A stretch of 64,000 nucleotides of DNA, taken from Octopus bimaculoides (Eukaryota). The DNA lies in the NCBI RefSeq assembly GCF_001194135.2, contig NC_068994.1, positions 32,672,625 to 32,736,624 of the forward strand, given 5' to 3'. Within the stretch, counting starts at the first letter, position 1. The number at the start of each line of letters is the position of its first letter. Below the pieces are notes generated by a model that worked only from the letters and a program-made list of their open reading frames with translations, was not told where the DNA came from and did no database searches. Both the position numbers and the translations under genes were made by a program. Below, piece after piece: positions 25,104 through 38,410 of this stretch.

Positions 25104-28079
25104 ACCTAAGAGGAAAACCAAAACAAATACGTCTGGTAAAGAAAATCGTGCAAGGGAGATAACCTGTAATGTATTCGATGTTTTAAAGGGAAATAATTCT
25201 TGATTGAAATTATTCAGTAACAATTATTTCTAATACAGTAACAGATTTTTTCATCCCACTTCCAGAAATCCAGGAACAGTGTACAATATCAAGCTATATA
25301 CCGAAGCCTGTATTCAGTAAAGAGGTCCTGCTTTTGAAGTTGGTTAATTTGCATATGGTATGTTAAATAAGAGTTTTGTGGTTTACTTTTTTAAGTGGAT
25401 TAATAAAGATGCTCTATTCTAGAAGCGTATGAATTCATACTTGCATCTGTTAAATAATATCGTGTTTTTAAATTTTTTTTCTTTGTAGCAAACTCATAAG
25501 AGGCGGAGAGAGAACATAGGTTCATTGGCCCGAACAGAAGAAATTGTTGATTTCTCATTGGTCAAAAATTACTGCCCATATACGAATTCTGAACTTTCAT
25601 TAAAGAAATCTTTCACGAAGTACGGTTCTTAGAATCCGTGGATGAACAGTTATAAAAACCCTGATTTGGGGAAATTCTCCAGTGATCGTTGATTATCACT
25701 CAAATCCACGACACTCACCCTTTTGAGTATCTGCTAATCTTTATGCCATGTCCATTACTCAAATCCAACAAGATTGAATTGTTGTGAACTTTAGTAGTTA
25801 ATATGAAAGATTAGTTAGTGTAAATTTTAAGTCGTAATTCTCTACGACAAAACGACCTTACTTTCCAATTGTACTATAAATGTCAAATGTACATAAATAA
25901 ACTAATGTAGAAATTATTTTGTTTTACTTCACGTTCTTTCAACTTGTTAAATTTATTTCTGTATTTATGAAACTGTATTTTTTTTATGTAACGGTTAAAA
26001 GAATACGAATCCATATCTTCAACATACATGCACGCATTAAACGCACGTTCAGCGTCTTGGTATGTATAATTCATCATAACATTTACGCAGCCTGAATTAA
26101 GAGTTATGCTTAGTGATAAATACTTATGATTAAGTTATAAGTGACGAGTTTACCATAATAGCTTCTTACTTAAGAAATAATAATATTTGTTATACCTTAC
26201 AATCAAAAACATTAAAAATAAGATACAGTATTCGCCTCCGACCGTCACATAGAATCTTCATTTAATTTTCATGCTATAAACATTGCACTAATACATGTTG
26301 CAGTGTAATATATTTTAAGGATTCTAAGTGGATTAACAGACATCAAACGGACCCTGTTTTAAATGTGAATGAATTAAAATCTGTCAAATACAATTTTACT
26401 ACTTTACAGTTCATAGTTTATTTTATATCGTAAGTATATATTTAGACTATTTCCAGAAAACCGGGGACACTTCCAGTCCCAAACTCACCGAATCCAAACT
26501 GTCTTAACATATGCACAGCCGAGCATAGTGGATCATACATGTACAACTTGACCTACACTTTCTGACAGCCTAAGTGTTGGTATATTTTTCTGTTAACAAA
26601 TCCGGAGACAGAAGGAAGAGCTACAGTGAAGTTTTAGTTATACAGACCTTCTGGAATGTATCGCCATATATGGTAGCTGGAGCCAGCAGTTCAAGGTAAC
26701 AATTTATCAATGAGAGTTTTATAGCAAGTTGTGTGTTTTGATATTTACAGTCATACGTAAATTAGCTCAAATCTTTGTATTTTTGTTTTGAAATGATTTA
26801 GACACAAATTAGGCTTTTACTAATTAAAATCTCCGATCAAAATTGAACAAGAATTTCAGTTCCTGAAAAATTGCATCCAGATAAAAGTCAACCGCTACTG
26901 TATAAGTATATGGCTTGAAATCAGAGTAAAGTCTAATGTATTAGATAAACGCAAATATGTTAGGTGTAATAACCTCGGGTGTATTTAGCAAAGTTTAGTT
27001 TGTTACAAGATTTCAGGCCAAATGACCATTTTGAAGATGTTTTTCTCATATCATAATACGGATATCGATAAAACTGAAAAGTCCCAGGTTTTGGTTAAAA
27101 AGAAAATATCGGAGAATCAATTAATTATAATTTTATTCAACATATTCCCCTCTCAGATTCACACACTTACTGCAATGGTCCTGCAGTTTTTGCTAAGCCC
27201 TGTGAAAGAACTCGGAAAGCTGAGCCCCCAATCAGACTTTTCGCAACACCCTTAAAGCCATGAACGTTTCAGCAATCCCTCGTAAATTTGTGAAATGTTA
27301 AACAAGCCTGACAAGACAAGTGAAGGGACGAGACTGGAGCACGCACTGATACACTGAACTATTGGCTATTTTCTGATGTTTAACCAGGAACTTCTTATAA
27401 CCAAATATGTAGAAGAGGTGGGGGAACAAGTTGGTACTTGATTTGTGTTTTATTTTATAAGATTTGAACTCGAAACGTAAAGAGCCTGAAGAAATGACGC
27501 TAAATGTTTTGTCTAATGTGCTAACACTTCTGCCAGCGTGCCACATTGAGACTTATTTACAACCAGGTAAGATGAGCTAACAGAAAGTAAAAGGCCAGAG
27601 ATAAGATGCGGTCTCCGCGGTTGGACACGAAGTGCCAACCTTTCTATTCAGTGATCGTCATGCTGTCATCTTGTGTGTGTGTGTGAGTGCACGCCAAGTA
27701 AATCCAAGAAAATATACTGTCACCTTGTCTGTATGTGTATTTGTGTGTGCGAGAGAGAGAGAGAGAAATAAAAACGAAAAAGTAAATTTCTCGCTTCTCA
27801 GTAAATCCAAGACAAGACAAGAAAATACATGACCATCTAAGGGAAATAACTGCTACTAGACAACCTTGCACTGCAAGGGAAATAACTCTTCCAACGAGCC
27901 AATTTTTATGTTCACTGAATTTTCCAATGTCATGTCCAATTAAATGAAACATTTTAATTCAGTTGAGGCAAAACAATGATCTAACTACAGTATGGCATTT
28001 TGCTTAAATTTATTCTGATTCCATCATCAGCATCAGTATTTCAGCTTTTGTTCACAATCGTCCCCTTTGTTTTTTCTTT

Positions 28080-28400
28080 TTTATTTGTTTCAGTCGTTAG
28101 ACTGCGGCTATGCTGGGGCACCACCTCAAAGAATTTTTGAGTCGAATGAATCGATCCCACTACTTTTTTTTTTCTCCAAGTCTGGAACATATTCTATCGA
28201 TCTCTTTTTGCCGAATCGCTAAGTTACAGAGACGTAAACAAACTAGCACCAGTTGTCAAGCGGCAGAAATGGACAAACACAAACATAAAGGCACAAACAC
28301 ACGCGCGCGCGTGACGGCTTTTCTGCAGTTTCCGTCAACCAAATCCACTCACAAGGCTTTGGTCGGCCCGAGGCTGTAGCAGAAGATACCCAAGCTGTCA
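28080..28400 (-). mobile_element. SINE family A, head truncated
   Basis: Tail and middle motifs with CpGs retained. Confidence 0.75.
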
Positions 28401-28549
28401 CGTCAGCGCCTGTGTGTATTTTTCTTTCTTTCTTCCACCCCACTTCAACCTTAGGCTGGTTACTCGGTTTCCGTGGCGTATAAAGCACTGAGATCACAAG
28501 ACTCTCCTTGAACGGGACGCTAGTCCGTTTGCAGGATTCATGGCCAGTA

Positions 28550-29530
28550 ATTTTAACTGGAGGGGACAAGTCGACGACTTCATCCCCAGTACTTGACTGG
28601 TACTTTATTTTATCGAACTCGAACAAATGAAAGGTGAAGTGGAACCTGACAAATTTTGAACTCAGAACAGAAGGAGCCGGAAGAAATGCTGCTAAATCTT
28701 TTTCCGACATTCGATTGTGTCAGCAGTTTGCCCCCCTATATGTGTATTTGTCTTGACTCAGGTATAGTAAGGGTGTCATTTCTACACAGAGATATGTATG
28801 TGCATATATATGCATATGTATGCATGGGTGCATGTAATGTTTACCTCTGAATGTGTGTGTGTGTGTATGTAAGAAAGGCGACTGGTAGAGTCGTTAAAGT
28901 GTCTGATAGAATGCTTTGCGGTTATTCTTTCTGACTCTCTGTATTCTAAGTTCAAATCTCTCCAAGGTCAACTTTACCTTTCATCCTTTCGGAGGTCAAT
29001 AAAAAAGGAAAAGTCGATTCTTTTTCTTCGTCTTCCTCGTCGTCTTCAAAGCATAGCATAGCAGTGTCTCTACGAGTTCCACTGGTGTTGAGGGCACGGA
29101 CCATCACATAATAACTATAATTATGGTTTCAAATTTTGGCACAAGGCCAGTAAGTTTGGGGGACGGGATAAGTCGATTGCATCGACCCCAGTGATCAACT
29201 GGTACTTATTTCATCGACCTCGAAAGGACATAAGGAATGTCGACCTCGGCAGAATTTGAACTCAGAACGTAAAAACGAACGAAATACCGCTAAACATTTT
29301 GCCCGGCGTACTAACGATTCTTTTCTACTCTAGGCACAAGGCCCGAAATTTCGGGAGGGGGGGGGTCGATTAGATCGATCCCAGTACGCAACTGGTACTT
29401 AATTTATCGACTCCGAAAGACTGAAGGGCAAAGTCGACCTTGGCTGAATTTGAACTGATAACATAAAGACAGACGAAATACCACTAAGCATTTCGCCTGG
29501 CGTGCTGGCGATTCTGCCAGATCACCGCCT
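28550..29530. mobile_element. Cluster of tRNA-derived SINEs carrying a Nin-like domain (family C)
   Basis: Repeated GGCAGAATCGTTAG...TTCTGAGTTCAAAT...GTCGACTTTGCCTTTCATCCTTTCGGGGTCGATAAATTAAGTACCAG. Other copies at about 18.4-18.7, 22.1, 27.4, 30.1-30.5, 46.7, 59.3 and 63.8 kb. Confidence 0.7.
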
Positions 29531-29559
29531 TTGTATAAAAATAACAATAATAATCCAAT

Positions 29560-30379
29560 AAGAGAGATTTGTTCAAATTGGGCCCCAAGCCGAAGATGGT
29601 CCAGCGCACACGTTCGACCGAAGGACGCAATGATGAATGTTTAGTAGGCCATTGTGGCTAAAGGTGACGCCTCAAACACTCAACGCTTTTTGACTGGGAT
29701 TTGCGTACTACACGAAGCATAAAGCGTCAATCTTCAGCTTTGTTGAATAGAAGGCCCCATTGACAATTCTCTAATTGGGTCTCGCACTTCCTAGCGCTGG
29801 TGCTGTTCTTCACGACCGTTTTCTCTTTATCTCTCAACAAATCACTGGCCTCGAAAACTGTCTTTCTTTGCTCTGAACAGATAGAAGTTACAAGAGCGCT
29901 GACTAGGCCGATTGCCTGATTTCTTCCCCAAGATGTTTGAGGTTTCGCACTGTAATAATGAATGTTGATCATTTTCAGATCTTTATTCGGTCTCTTCCTT
30001 CTTCCTACTTCTTTAAGCAGTTTTAGTGTTTTCATGTACCACTCGCTGTTCGCAGTACAGTCATGTTCCAGAAGATTGTGGAAAATGGTACCATTAATCT
30101 CTGTGGCGATCGCTGGCTTTTGGACTTCTGATCTTGATGGGACGGGATAAATCAACGACTTTGACCCCAATGCTTGACTGGTACTTTATTTTATCGATCC
30201 CGAACGGATGGAAGGTAAAGTTGACCCCGGCAGGATTTGAACTCAATATAGAAGGAGCCGGAAGAAATGCCGCTAAGAATTTTGTCCGATATACTAACGA
30301 TTCTATCAGCAGCTCGCCGCCTTGTATGCATATTTGTCTTTACCTAGAACTAGCAGGGATATCATTTCCAAACGCACAA

Positions 30380-30410
<31 letters not shown>

Positions 30411-31142
30411 TCACGAGTGCGTGCGTATTTAAGACGGTCGACTGGCAGAGTCGTTAGAATGTCGGATAGAATGCTATGCGTTTACTCTTTCCAGTTCTCT
30501 GCATTCTGAGTTCAAATCCAAAGCTTAAGACTTGGAAAGGAAGTATGACGCCATACCATGAACTGAGACTTCACTTACGAGTCATAAAGATATGCCCAGC
30601 CTTCATTTCGTGTCACCAGATCGAAAAAAAAAAAATCAAATAAAACGTCTTCGTCGGTCTCAAATGCTTCTAACAGATCAGAGCAGAGTTTTCACTCTTC
30701 ATTCTTTCAAATAGGCTGTCAACTACACAGATGTTCACTTTGCACATAATTTACGATAGCCATAGCCTCACCATTTTCTGTAAAGTATTGCGACACAGTC
30801 CAGTTTTGCAGCAAATTCAGAGATTGTAACTCGTCTGTCCGCGCAAACCAGCTCGTCGACTCAATGGCGATTTGTGTCAGTAGTACCAGTTGATGGTTTC
30901 CCACTGCGTGGTTTGTCTTCAATGCTGATTTCCCCTTCTTTAAAAACTTCATCCATTTCTGCACAGCCGTTGTCTTGTCAGTACAGTCATCTCTGCAAAC
31001 GACTTACAGCCTTCAGTGGATGCCAGACTGTCTGCACTTTCTAACTCCATTAAAAACTCAAAAATGGTACTTCGCTTCTACTTAGATCATGTAATGAAAA
31101 ACAAGAATTATCATAAGAGAGAAATTACTCGACCAACATGTA
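29560..31142 (-). mobile_element. Decayed mariner transposon interrupted by SINEs (about 30120-30520)
   Basis: Degenerate transposase segments (TANSEWYMKTLKLLKEVGRRKRP, HYYSAKPQTS) resembling the mariner catalytic region, and a TA-ended terminus near 31142. Confidence 0.6.
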
Positions 31143-31669
31143 CATTTTGAAAGACCTGTGTCAGTTAATAAAAGATTATGCCCACCTTTACATTACTTCC
31201 ACAACACTGGCATGTATATGAATACGCTTGAGTGTGTGTGTATACATACATACACACACATATATATATATACATACATACATGCATACATACATACATA
31301 CATACATGCATACATACATACATGCATACATACATACATACAATTAGAAGACTACAGATTCAAGCCATCAATGGAACTGTAAAGATATGTAAAACTTTCC
31401 AAAGATTTAGCACATAAATACATATGCATGCATCTAGACATAAAAACGCATCCATAAAACAAACATACAAATCTGCGCATACACTAACACCAAATACTGC
31501 ACACACACAAATATGCACAAATACCTAGATGATGTTGATAAAAGTTCCAATGAAGGAGCCTTGAATCTATGTTAGAGTCCGGCTCTTTCTCTATGGACAA
31601 GAAATACAGAAATGAAACTGATTGATAACATACATACATACATACATACATATGATCGAATCTCCCGCC

Positions 31670-31990
31670 GAAGACAACGTATGAGTATTCAAGCTGTAGA
31701 ACGCATACACAGAGTAGATCTATTCACACGGGCCATCTTCGTGACATTCACCCACCTTTCAACAAAAGTATTGGGGGGCAGTACTACCCTTTCTGACCTC
31801 ACTTTGTTTTTTCAAGTGGAACTTGGAAAAGTATCCATCTTCAGTTCTTTAAACCTCGTCTACCACACCACCTCTTTCGCTATAGCCACCAGCCCAAGGA
31901 AAACTGTCTTCCCTTCCCGGCCAAAAGAAGGCAGCGGGGCAATGAACTCGGCTGATAGTCGGATCCGTTCTACATGTGTCAACTGCTATT
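31670..31990 (-). mobile_element. L1/Tx1-like LINE ORF2 C-terminal fragment
   Basis: Minus strand: EGKTVFLGLVAIAKEVVW*TR...KNKVRSERVVL...FVERWVNVTKMARVN. Confidence 0.55.
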
Positions 31991-32395
31991 CGAAAAAAAA
32001 CTCCATGTGCTTCACCTTAGCTGACTCTCTCCGTTAAATCGATGTTGTTTGAACAGGGGCACGGTGTTTCATGCATCAGACGTGGAAGTGATCGAGAACA
32101 AGGTGAAATGAAGCATTCTGCTCAAAAGCACAACGCAACACCCTGTCCAGAAATTGAAACCACGATCTGATGATCGTGATTGCAACACCCTAACCAATAG
32201 ATGATGTTTCTGACGAGTGCCGTTTCAGGTTTTTCCCTATCTCGAATGAGAAACAGACTGGACAGGACCTATAATACTGTACTGTGTGTGTGTGTGTGTG
32301 TGTGTGTATTTCGTTTAAGTACTGGTCGAGAGCTCAATGTACAATGCTTCAGAACAAGGCATTGGTCGAGTACAGAGCGGTAATAAGAAAATGAA

Positions 32396-32563
32396 ATGAC
32401 AAAGGAATAAACGATTATCTTATGAACTTCATTAGCTTACAGCTGTTTCTGCTATAAAAATACAGTGGACTCATAGTCCAGTGCCTGTGTAACACTGCAT
32501 CTGATAGCAGAAATAGCTGCCAGCTAATGACGTTCATAGGATAATTGTTTATTCTTTTGTCAT
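32396..32563. mobile_element. Fold-back MITE, 60-bp arms with 48-bp spacer
   Basis: Arms 32396-32455 and 32504-32563 are about 88% complementary. A related copy lies at about 16690-16795. Confidence 0.7.
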
Positions 32564-32619
32564 CTAATTTCCGTGTGTATATGTATATGTAGATATGTTT
32601 GTGTGTGTGTATATATATG

Positions 32620-32653
<34 letters not shown>

Positions 32654-33115
32654 TATANNNNNNNNNNNNNNNNNNNNNNNNNNNNNNNNNNNNNNNNNNN
32701 NNNNNNNNNNNNNNNNNNNNNNNNNNNNNNNNNNNNNNNNNNNNNNNNNNNNNNNNNNNNNNNNNNNNNNNNNNNNNNNNNNNNNNNNNNNNNNNNNNNN
32801 NNNNNNNNNNNNNNNNNNNNNNNNNNNNNNNNNNNNNNNNNNNNNNNNNNNNNNNNNNNNNNNNNNNNNNNNNNNNNNNNNNNNNNNNNNNNNNNNNNNN
32901 NNNNNNNNNNNNNNNNNNNNNNNNNNNNNNNNNNNNNNNNNNNNNNNNNNNNNNNNNNNNNNNNNNNNNNNNNNNNNNNNNNNNNNNNNNNNNNNNNNNN
33001 NNNNNNNNNNNNNNNNNNNNNNNNNNNNNNNNNNNNNNNNNNNNNNNNNNNNNNNNNNNNNNNNNNNNNNNNNNNNNNNNNNNNNNNNNNNNNNNNNNNN
33101 NNNNNNNNNNNNNNN

Positions 33116-33165
<50 letters not shown>

Positions 33166-34251
33166 ATATATATATATATATGTGGTTGTTTTTATGTATA
33201 GTCATATATTAAAACAAACGCTAATTGAAGTATCATTCAGTACGTTTATTTATAACATATTTTATTTTACCATGGAAAATGTTGATAGTAACTTCGAAGT
33301 TTCGGCCCTGTCAATTTTGTAAGACAGTAAGGTGAAAGCAACTGAGCTTAATGTAGAACACACACTCAGAGGCGTATCGCAAACTAATTTCTTGTAAGAT
33401 ATAGATCACTTTTAGTATTTGAATTAGGATGATGCTTTATGAGATTCATATTTGTTTAGTTACTACATAACATCACTGATATATGTATTACGTATGTTTC
33501 CTGACTAAATAGCTTTCGTAGTAGGCCACTATCAGTTTATTTTCACTAGCTCAAGAAGAACGATTATTTTTGCGGTGTCTTAAACACATTTGTTTTGTTC
33601 CTTTTTATACATTCCAGTCTCTTCATGAATTCAAGTTTCAAGGCCAACTGCTATACAATCGGTAAAGTTTTCAGAAAGCCTGTGCCTCTCTACACCAGTT
33701 AAAGAAGCTAATAGTTGCAGAAACATTTCACGAGAGGCTCCGGTAAAGAGTGTGCGAGTATACATACATATGTAAGTGAAGAATGGAGTAGCTGATATTA
33801 CATCTATTATAGGGTTTACAGTTGTTTCATCAACAACGTGCGGGTGACAAATAAAACATCACAGACAGGCATGAAAATAATGATATATTCATGTGCATTT
33901 GGTAATATTTATTACATAATAGCCTCCGCTGCCATTTAATCATAACCGGACGAATGGAGATAATATATAAACAAAACCGGCAATTTCACTTCTATAAGAA
34001 AAATCTTGCACTGGATTCAAGTAAGAGGGGGGGGGGAGTTCAAACACACACTCACTCATGCACACACACACACACANNNNNNNNNNNNNNNNNNNNNNNN
34101 NNNNNNNNNNNNNNNNNNNNNNNNNNNNNNNNNNNNNNNNNNNNNNNNNNNNNNNNNNNNNNNNNNNNNNNNNNNNNNNNNNNNNNNNNNNNNNNNNNNN
34201 NNNNNNNNNNNNNNNNNNACACACACTCACTCATGCACACACACACACACG

Positions 34252-34297
<46 letters not shown>

Positions 34298-37005
34298 CAT
34301 ACACACTACAAGGATATCTCTTTTACTCTTTTACTTGTTTCAATCATTTGACTGTGGCCATGCTGGAGCACCGCCTTTAGTCGAGCAAATCGACCCCGGG
34401 ACTTATTCTTTGTAAGCTTAGTACTTATTCTATCGGTCTCTTTTGCCGAACCGCTAATTTACGGGGACTTAAACACACCAGCATATGTTCAAAATTCGTA
34501 ACTTTCATTGAGTTATTTCACAAAGACATTGGATATAACCCCAACAAAATTTTTAAATAGTTGCAGTGTATGCACCTATAGAGGTGAATATGTGTGTGTG
34601 TGTATTTGTGTGTATGTGTGTGTATTTGTATTAACAGGACAAAAGACAAAATAAAAGTTGTGATTAGTTTAAACATCAGAGAAACAGAATATACCCTCAG
34701 CGTTTCGGGTGTAAATCATTCATCAGACAAAAGTATTAAGTGAACGAAAGAAAAAAGACAGAGAGGAAAAGAAAAACAAAGATGAAGAATATTACACGTG
34801 TAGAAGCACTACAGCGCCATTTTAAAATGAATTCGACATGGAAAGAAAAATGATTAAGGTGTGGGATTTATTTGTGAATGTTTGCATGTGTGTATGTATT
34901 TTCATTTTATTTCTTAGTGTGTGATACTAGCATTTTGTGTGATGTGGTTGTAGTTTTGTGTGCGTGCGTGTGGATGTGTCTGTGTGCGTATGTATGTGCA
35001 GACTGAACGTTTGGTTTACAGTGTGTGAATATATGTGTCTGAAATGAAAAGTTGAACGTGTAGATATCGTTTTTTTCTCAAACGCTTGAGTGTGTTTTAG
35101 TGGAAGTGTGTGTTATTGGTGTGTGTACGTGCTTGTGTGTGTGTATGCACATGTATACATAAGTCTGTGTGATGACACGTGAAGTGTTTGAAAGAAGAAA
35201 ATGAGTGAAGAATTAAGATCGTGGCGATGGGGAAGAAATAAGTCAATAAGTCACAATAAGTAACAAAGAAACAAAAGTTTATTTAATTAGACCCCTGGGA
35301 TGAAAAATACAAAGTCAACGTTGGTGGTACTTGAACACAGAAACTCAGAAGATTAAATAGAGACGAAACCACAAAGCGAAGGAATACTGCCCGACGCTCT
35401 ACCAATTCTAAAGAATTATATAAAAACAAGATTAAGTCAATCAGAATTAAAATAAACGGCAAACAAAGGGAAGTAACTATGATATCGAAAAACTAAGTCA
35501 CGGATATTTACCAGATTTTTTCTTGTCAAAAGCACAGATGGGAGCCTCAGAATCACTTGCTTATGGCGGCTGTCGCTATTGCTTAGTTAAAAATATCTCA
35601 GCTGATAAATTGGTGCAGTCACACCATCAGAGTTCCTGGTTTTGCTCTGTCAAAAACATATAAGTAATGGCTTGTCAAACAATCAACAGATTAGGTCTTA
35701 ATGGATTATGTATGTACACGTACACAAACACACATTAACAGACACATGCACACACATACACACATATATACATACATATATGCATATATATATATATATA
35801 AGCTTCTATAAATAGAAGATTAGGTATATATGTGTAGATATATACATAAGCATATATATACGTGTGTGTGTAATTATGTTGGTTCAAAAGTAATTTAGCG
35901 TTTTAAAAGTAATTTTATATGGTATTTTGACCCACCCCACATATACAGGCATGTACACACACCCATGTATATCTGTATGCACATATATATNNNNNNNNNN
36001 NNNNNNNNNNNNNNNNNNNNNNNNNNNNNNNNNNNNNNNNNNNNNNNNNNNNNNNNNNNNNNNNNNNNNNNNNNNNNNNNNNNNNNNNNNNNNNNNNNNN
36101 NNNNNNNNNNNNNNNNNNNNNNNNNNNNNNNNNNNNNNNNNNNNNNNNNNNNNNNNNNNNNNNNNNNNNNNNNNNNNNNNNNNNNNNNNNNNNNNNNNNN
36201 NNNNNNNNNNNNNNNNNNNNNNNNNNNNNNNNNNNNNNNNNNNNNNNNNNNNNNNNNNNNNNNNNNNNNNNNNNNNNNNNNNNNNNNNNNNNNNNNNNNN
36301 NNNNNNNNNNNNNNNNNNNNNNNNNNNNNNNNNNNNNNNNNNNNNNNNNNNNNNNNNNNNNNNNNNNNNNNNNNNNNNNNNNNNNNNNNNNNNNNNNNNN
36401 NNNNNNNNNNNNNNNNNNNNNNNNNNNNNNNNNNNNNNNNNNNNNNNNNNNNNNNNNNNNNNNNNNNNNNNNNNNNNNNNNNNNNNNNNNNNNNNNNNNN
36501 NNNNNNNNNNNNNNNNNNNNNNNNNNNNNNNNNNNNNNNNNNNNNNNNNNNNNNNNNNNNNNNNNNNNNNNNNNNNNNNNNNNNNNNNNNNNNNNNNNNN
36601 NNNNNNNNNNNNNNNNNNNNNNNNNNNNNNNNNNNNNNNNNNNNNNNNNNNNNNNNNNNNNNNNNNNNNNNNNNNNNNNNNNNNNNNNNNNNNNNNNNNN
36701 NNNNNNNNNNNNNNNNNNNNNNNNNNNNNNNNNNNNNNNNNNNNNNNNNNNNNNNNNNNNNNNNNNNNNNNNNNNNNNNNNNNNNNNNNNNNNNNNNNNN
36801 NNNNNNNNNNNNNNNNNNNNNATGATAAAATCAACTTTAAAATGATTGAAACCGGTAGCATATTTTGATAAGTATGTAAATATTTTCTTTCTTTTGTCCA
36901 CGATAAAGTCCCCAAAGCATTTTCTTTTTCTTTTTTTTTGTTAATATAAATTTACTTGTGTGAAACCTTCGACCTTTTCAATGTATGTATGTATGTATGT
37001 ATGTA

Positions 37006-37192
37006 TGAAGGGGTGCTGAAAAGTTCCTGGCCTTGAGTAAAAGAAAATACAGTTAATTATGATTTTATTCAACACATTCCCCTCTCAGATTCACACACTT
37101 ATTGCAACAATCATGCAGTTTTTCTAAGAACTTGGAAGGTTGGGCCTCCAACCAGGTGTCTATTAAAGCCAGAAATTTTCAGTGCCCTCTTG
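37006..37192. mobile_element. Mariner-derived MITE
   Basis: TA-flanked tgaaggggtgctgaaaag / ttttcagtgccctcttg. A second copy lies at about 27055-27282. Confidence 0.65.
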
Positions 37193-37959
37193 TATGTGTG
37201 TGTGTGGAGTCATTGCCTATCATTTATGTCCATATGGGTTAAAGTGGGGGAGAAACAGAGAATGATACATGTATATGTCTATAGATAAATGGTGTGTGTG
37301 TTCCTATAGATATTTATGTATGCATATGTGTGTGAACACTGCTACACAATTCTTATGCCACAGTGACTTTGACAACTACAACAGCCAAACCGGATTTGTT
37401 CCTCTCAGTAGCAGTACCCATGGTTGCTATTCCACTATTTGACTCAAGCGGTCTGTTTTCAACATCTCACAGAAACACCTGTCCTTTATCCTCTATAGGT
37501 CCCATTTCCTCATTCTACAAAACCTGAGATCAAAGGACCCCATTTATCTACTTTCAGACAAAAGAAGGATATTTCATGCCTTTGATAAAAACATGTGCAA
37601 TCAGTCGGCAAGCAAATATTTAAGCAATGCCATGCAATATAAGATTGCCCACATCACATCTTGGCAACTGGAAAATATAAATGCCAGTTGAATGAACATT
37701 TCTATTTACAGAGACTTCTCAAATATATTTAAATAAAATTTCATTTCTTGAAACAGAAGATTTTTTTGTTTATTTACAACATACCATAGTTACTTGTGTA
37801 ATAAGTTCCACCCCTAATTTTGTGCAAAATCTTGGTACCGATTTATTTCCCTTCATATTCAAACTTTGTCCCATTTATAAGTGATATGGAACTTATACAT
37901 GAGTAAACTCAGTAATTAAGACTCAGAAACCTGGACCTATAATTACAATTATATCTAAT

Positions 37960-38410
37960 AGGCGTAGGAGTGGCTGTGTGGTAAGTAGCTTCCTTACCAG
38001 CCACATGGTTTCGGGTTCAGTCCCACTGCATGGCACCTTGAGCAAATGTCTTCTACTATAGCCTTGGGCCGACCAAAGCCTTGTGAGTGGATTTGGTAGA
38101 TGGAAACTGAAAGAAGCCCGTCGTATATATGTATATATATATATATATATGTGTATGTGTGTATATATGTTTGTGTGTTTGTGTTTGTCCCCCCCCCCCC
38201 AACATCGCTTGACAACTNNNNNNNNNNACATCGCTTGACAACTGATGGTGGTGTGTTTATGTCCCCCGTAACTTAGCGGTTCGGCAAAAGAGACCGATAG
38301 AATAAGTACTAGGCATCCAAAGAATAAGTCCTGGGGTCGATTTGCTCGACTAAAGGCTGTGCTCCAGCATGGCCGCAGTCAAACGACTGAAACAAGTAAA
38401 AGAGTAAAAG
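37960..38410 (+). mobile_element. SINE family A, near-consensus full length
   Basis: AGGCGTAGGAGTGGCTGTGTGGTAAGTAG head, CCTTGAGCAAATGTCTT CORE-like box, (AAGAGTA)n tail. Confidence 0.85.

Noticed and set aside
25500-25570. GC box plus two ATTGG boxes resembling a promoter
   Set aside because: The TCTCATTGGTCA context recurs at about 3162 with the same upstream motif, so it is likely part of a repeat.
33280-33330. Minus-strand GGCC-GAAAC-UUCGAA-GUU half-hammerhead
   Set aside because: The CUGAnGA box is missing.
35512-35646. 135-nt minus-strand exon-like segment (acceptor tttttgacag, donor CTG|GTAAAT)
   Set aside because: Stops in all three frames (phase 0 gives SKTRNSDGVTAPIYQLRYF*); cannot be supported without transcripts.
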